NCBI GenBank assembly: GCA_964188305.1
Contig: OZ076888.1
Source: Podarcis bocagei
Taxonomy: Eukaryota
Reading direction: 5' to 3' (one strand)
DNA length: 64,000 bases
How positions within the stretch are numbered: position 1 is the stretch's first letter; every line of letters starts with the position of its first letter. The notes below the pieces were generated by a model. It had not been told where the DNA came from and searched no databases. It was given only the letters and a program-made list of their open reading frames with translations. The position numbers were made by a program, and so were the translations under genes. Shown here in pieces: positions 59,410-64,000 of this stretch.

Positions 59410-61250
59410 AACCTTGGAGAAAAACTAGAACAGCGGGGAATGGAGCTGCCAAGAGACCAAGCCTCTTGTCCTGGCAAAATAATGTCCAAGAACCCAAAGA
59501 GTGAAATCCCTCCTCGCTGTAAGTAGGGTGTCCAACTCTATATAGCTGAGTAATCCAAGTCTACTTACCCTTTCTCTCTGCCTAGAAATGAAGAGGAGTG
59601 GTTTTGAATAACCAAGGCCACCACTGACTGAGCAGGACACACAGGCTACTAGCCTGATAGGAGAGGGCATCTCAGTCACCGGGGGGGGGGGGGGCAAAGA
59701 GATTCTCAGCCCATTCCATCCAGATACTGGCAAGAACTCTCACAAGCAGGGGAAAGACAAAAACCCATCAAGAACCTTTGCTTCATGAAAAGAAGTTTGA
59801 TTTCTGTGTTGTGATGGGAATGCAAGAAGATCCCATAGGAGGGCAGTAAAATGTGAGGTCAAAGACATGAGCATGAAGGCTCTATTCCTCTGGATCCAAG
59901 TTCTGCCTGCATATTATCCTTTCCTCTGAGGTGAAGGGCCCAGAATGAGACACAGTCCTCTGCACAAGACAGGAGATGTGATTCACTTCTGTTTGTTCAC
60001 GTACAACACGGTTGGCATGTTGTGTCTGTATGATGACATAGGCCCCTTGATGCTTGTGCTGAAAGTGGAGACAAGCCAGGAAGATTGCCGTTTGCTCATT
60101 AATGATGAAGCTGGCTTTATGAGCTACATCATTATCACGTGTACCCAGACCATCAAGCTGGCATTAGCATCACTTTTCTAGATGTGGATCTGACAGCAAA
60201 AGAAGCAGTAGTTCTGTAACAACCAGGGATGGCTTAAAGACTGGAGACACTGGAATTGTATAACCACCTACAGTCATAACGAATCCTTGATGTGACTGCA
60301 TGATAAAGCTGCAGTGGTCAGAAAAGGGCCAACCTCAAGACACCAGATCCATTCAAGCTACTAGTGTAGCTTGAAAGATGAGCCAGTATGCCCATCACTT
60401 GAAGGGCTAACAAATGTTCTGGAAAACTGCAGCTTGCATAGTCTCTATAATTACACCCAGGCTCTCCATAATGAAAGAAGGGAAGAGATAACTCCGTAGG
60501 GAGGCTATTACTAATGCCACATACCTCTGGTTCTTTCTACATCCAGATACTGATAAGAATGTTGCTAAGATAAGGATGAGCTTCAGCTCCCCAAAGTCCA
60601 CGGTCTGCAGTGCTTTCCACTAGTAACTTGGTGAAGGTTCTTGTACAGAAAGCTATAGCAAGGTCAGTGTGAAGCACTGAAAAGGAGGTTTCCTATGAAG
60701 CAAAGCAAATAATCTGCTATGCAAAATTCACTGGGATGTGATCTTTTGAGGTTTATGCATGTCAGGAACTCACCTGGGGCCACTGTCATTAAAATGGAGG
60801 CCAGAGTATCCAGCGAAACCTGACTTTTCGGTTTCAGGGTGGCCTTTCCCTCTCCATTTTTTCTTGAGCACATGAACAAGGAGAGAGCAGACACTTTTGA
60901 CTCTTTGTAGGTAGGGGACAAGTTTAATAAACCAAGCCTTCAGCAGCTTCTGGATGATCTCTCACACAAACTTTCACTTTGCCATGGCTGTGGCACAGGA
61001 AAGACAAAAAAGATAGTTGTGATATCCCTGCCAGCACCAGCCAGGACTCGAGGTGAACCATCTCCTATACCAAACTGTCTGATGTAGCCAGATCCTACAT
61101 GGGAACAAAATTTTGCACACAGCCCACTACCTGGGTATGGAAGGCCATCTGGACACTGAACTCATTGGAAATTTTAGTGAGTGTTGCAGGAGCATTTTCT
61201 GGATCCTTTTCAATTTTTCACTTGTACCCCCTGCTCAGTCACCTTCAAAC
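59410..61250 (-). mobile_element. Decayed DIRS-type retrotransposon (RT/RNase H relic)
   Basis: Broken motifs in the expected order: TLASILMTVAPGEFLTCINLK, RTFTKLL, PYLSNILI (YLDD-like), ASLMVW (DAS..W-like), NMPTVLYVNKQ. Confidence 0.65.
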
Positions 61251-61345
61251 TGATGTAAAAACAGACTTGGTAGTCAGTTATTCTCCCCACAGTAGGAACC
61301 AGAGCCACTGGTTGAAACTGTGGCTGCTGTGATCCTAGCTGCATA

Positions 61346-62340
61346 TTGCAGCACATAAACAATGCCATCAAGCAGGGTAGGAGGTGCTGCTGTACAATTA
61401 ACTACAAATTTGAGCTGCTCTCGGGTTTTTGTAAAGAAGAGAAACCGGAGAGCTTGGAGAATGTGGAGAAAGAGATACACACTGTCTCCGAGGATAAGGA
61501 AGGAGTTGTAATGCTACAGAAGACAGAGGAGGGCCAGAGGCCTGACAAGATGGCTATAAAGGGAAATAAGAACTTGATGGTGAAAACTTGGTTTAATCTG
61601 GAGACTGAAAGATGGAGGGATCTCCTTATGAGGAGATGTGAAGACCCAAGGATTATAAATTTGATTAAAGTGGAAGTCGGAGCTTTGGGGACATTTGGAC
61701 TTGAAAGAAGTAAGAAACAAGATTTTGGCTCCACTCCTAAGTATGGAGCTCTGGCTGGAAGAAACATGGACCCCATTGGGCTTGATCTTCTCCGAGAGCT
61801 GGTGTTTAACATCAAAGACTACCAAAAAAAAAGGCAGAGAGGAATTGAGAGAGACTTAAGGGCCTCGGACATGAGATCTCCAGGCTGATAGTAAACTGTT
61901 ATGTGTTGGGGATTGAAACCGGGAAAAGGGGGGATGGAGTTTGGGAATCCAAAGGCTATACAATTATAACTTGTTTCTGTTTTTACTTTGTCTTGCTTTT
62001 TGTATGAAAAGTGGGGAAATCGTGGAAAGGAAATTAGGTCGACTTTAGAATAAGGTGTTAAGAATAAGAAAGAAAGATATAATTAATAATTAAGACATAT
62101 GTATTGATGTATAAATATTGTTGTTTATAAGGTAAGATTGGTAAGAACTTGTTGAGCCGACATTGAACTAGAATACAAGAGGGGGAGGTGTGGGGAAGTC
62201 AGGGAAATAAGTTATAGAAAATAAGGATTGTGATGAAAATTGGTGTGTGTTTTGTAGTGTCTGTTTTTCTAATTTTTTTTTCTTGCATGTCTGTCTTTTT
62301 GTCTTTATGTGTATTTTAAAATTTTCAATAAATATTTTTG
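61346..62340 (+). mobile_element. Probable non-autonomous retroelement: open 180-codon frame followed by an L1-like 3' tail
   Basis: Purine-rich ORF 61346-61888, then a G-rich ggaagtca motif (also in the L1 tail near 50266), a T-rich tract and AATAAA. Confidence 0.55.
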
Positions 62341-63140
62341 AATGGCATATCACAAACTATTATTATTTATTAAATTTATATGCTCCATAGATCTCGGGGC
62401 AGTTCACAACATAAAAATACTAGATAAAAAACACAAAATACATAATGATAACAAGAACAAATCAATATCCCCCCTCCCCACCCACATTTAAGAGAGTTTG
62501 GATGTTAATCAGCCAAAGGCCTGGTTGTAGAGGAACATTTTTGCTTGGCACCAAAGGAAGTATAGGGCAATCTATCCATCCATTTAGCGGAAGACATGTA
62601 CAGAATGCAGTGGCTAAGGTACTGATGGGAACTACTATCCAGGCAAATATTATGGTTGCACTGGTTGCGCGTGTCCCGTGCAGATGACCACTGCACCTGA
62701 AGACCATCAGTCAGGTCATGCATCTGCAGAAGTGACCAGAGGAGGAGCGCAGTAAGAAGAAACGCCATGGTACACTTGCATCAGCACAACTGGCCGCTTT
62801 CATCTTCCCCAGCTGCAACAAAACTTGTCTCTCTTGTCTTGATCTCTAAAGCCACAGCAGGCACTGTAAATCTCCAACAGTTTGACTTCACCTCTGAAGG
62901 CAAATGCTTCCACTGTCTCCTGAGACAGATGCCAACAACACTGACATATAAAGCCCTAAGCAGCATGGGCCCAAATAGCAAAAGGAGCACCTCCTCACAT
63001 ATAGACCTGCCCATGTGTTAGGATCTGGTGGCAATTCTGCAGCCCTGTGAAGTTCAAGGGTAAGAGGTTCATGAGAAGACCTTCTCTGTGGTGGTCCACA
63101 GGTTGTGCCCCTTCTTATGAGGTGTGCCTGCCCCACAGGC

Positions 63141-63407
63141 TTTGGTGGCGGAGGATGAGTTCAGAGTATCACTTGTTCCACGGTGCTGCTGCTGGTTTTG
63201 CTTGCCAATATTGTCTATTTGATGGCTTAGTATTGTTATACAATATGTGACCTGTTTGTTTTTTGTGGCCTGTTTGTTGTTTGTTTGGTGGCGGAGGATG
63301 AGTTCAGAGTATCACTTGTTCCACGGTGCTGATGCTGGTTTTGCTTGCCAATATTGTCTATTTGATGGCTTAGTATTGTTATACAATATGTGACCTGTTT
63401 GTTTTTT
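63141..63407. repeat. Direct duplication of ~124 bp (period 143)
   Basis: 63141-63264 versus 63284-63407, one mismatch seen. Confidence 0.9.
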
Positions 63408-64000
63408 TAAGCTGCACATAACTCACCCTGAAACTGCATTGTGAAGGCTGGGCTGTACATGTGTATATATAAATAAATATATAGAGATATAGGGAGAAGA
63501 TACTTGATATACAGCTTGCTATAAGGAGAAGAGTTCTGTCCTTTTTCTATGCACTAAACTTTATTGTATGGAAGAGCGTTCAGACAAATATGCAGCCAGA
63601 AATGATGCATCAAATCTTGATGGAAAACAAAGCCCTAACCCACTTTGACATCAACTCATTTGAAGGTGCACAATCGCTGCCAGTCAGGTGACAAATCACT
63701 TTTGAAGGAGTTCCTCTCAGCGCTGATCAAATGATGGGAACGTGAGCAGCCCCTTTGAAAGTGCACTTTCCGTGGGGAACTCCCATAACACAGCTGATTC
63801 CAGATCCACCTTTACCCTAGAATCACATATGATGTTGGGTATTGGGCAAATGGGTGTGGTTTGGGAGAAATGACCTTGCAGGGCTAATTTGGCTCAGAGG
63901 CCGGACGTTCTCCACCACTGCACTAGAAACTGGTCTCTGAAAAAAGTAGTCATTGTGTTCCATCAATAGCCGATGGTTTGCTGTCCTGACTAGACAAATT

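Noticed and set aside
62505-62768. 87-aa minus-strand ORF starting with a signal-peptide-like MAFLLTALLLWSLL
   Set aside because: Its 3' half runs into an L2-like repeat, and there is no recognisable family, promoter or splice support.
58484-64000. Further upstream ZSWIM8 exons (SWIM domain, BC-box region)
   Set aside because: No matching peptide was found by eye; the intron appears to run past the window edge.

Overview
This is vertebrate genomic DNA. The repeat content (Sauria-type SINEs, BovB, Penelope, Tc1/mariner and hAT MITEs, CR1, L2, L1) points to a squamate reptile, most likely a lacertid lizard. The window holds two convergent intron-containing genes. NDST2 (heparan sulfate N-deacetylase/N-sulfotransferase 2) is on the + strand, with its whole CDS in 13 exons (1504-25276, 2640 nt, 879 aa). 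ZSWIM8 (E3 ligase adaptor for target-directed miRNA degradation) is on the - strand, with its last 19 coding exons (58483-29806); its N-terminal part lies beyond the window. All exons were placed by hand with GT-AG boundaries and consistent phases. Most ORFs in the six-frame track are noise or transposon fragments. The most notable items are: (1) a ~545-nt four-armed, G-U-rich RNA fold plus further hairpins in NDST2 intron 11; (2) an intact-core minimal hammerhead ribozyme inside a Penelope fold-back element, sense to NDST2 pre-mRNA; (3) a candidate in-frame 96-nt ZSWIM8 cassette exon derived from a CR1 fragment; (4) interlocked opposite-strand AATAAA signals where the two 3' UTRs may meet; (5) a uORF-packed NDST2 leader.
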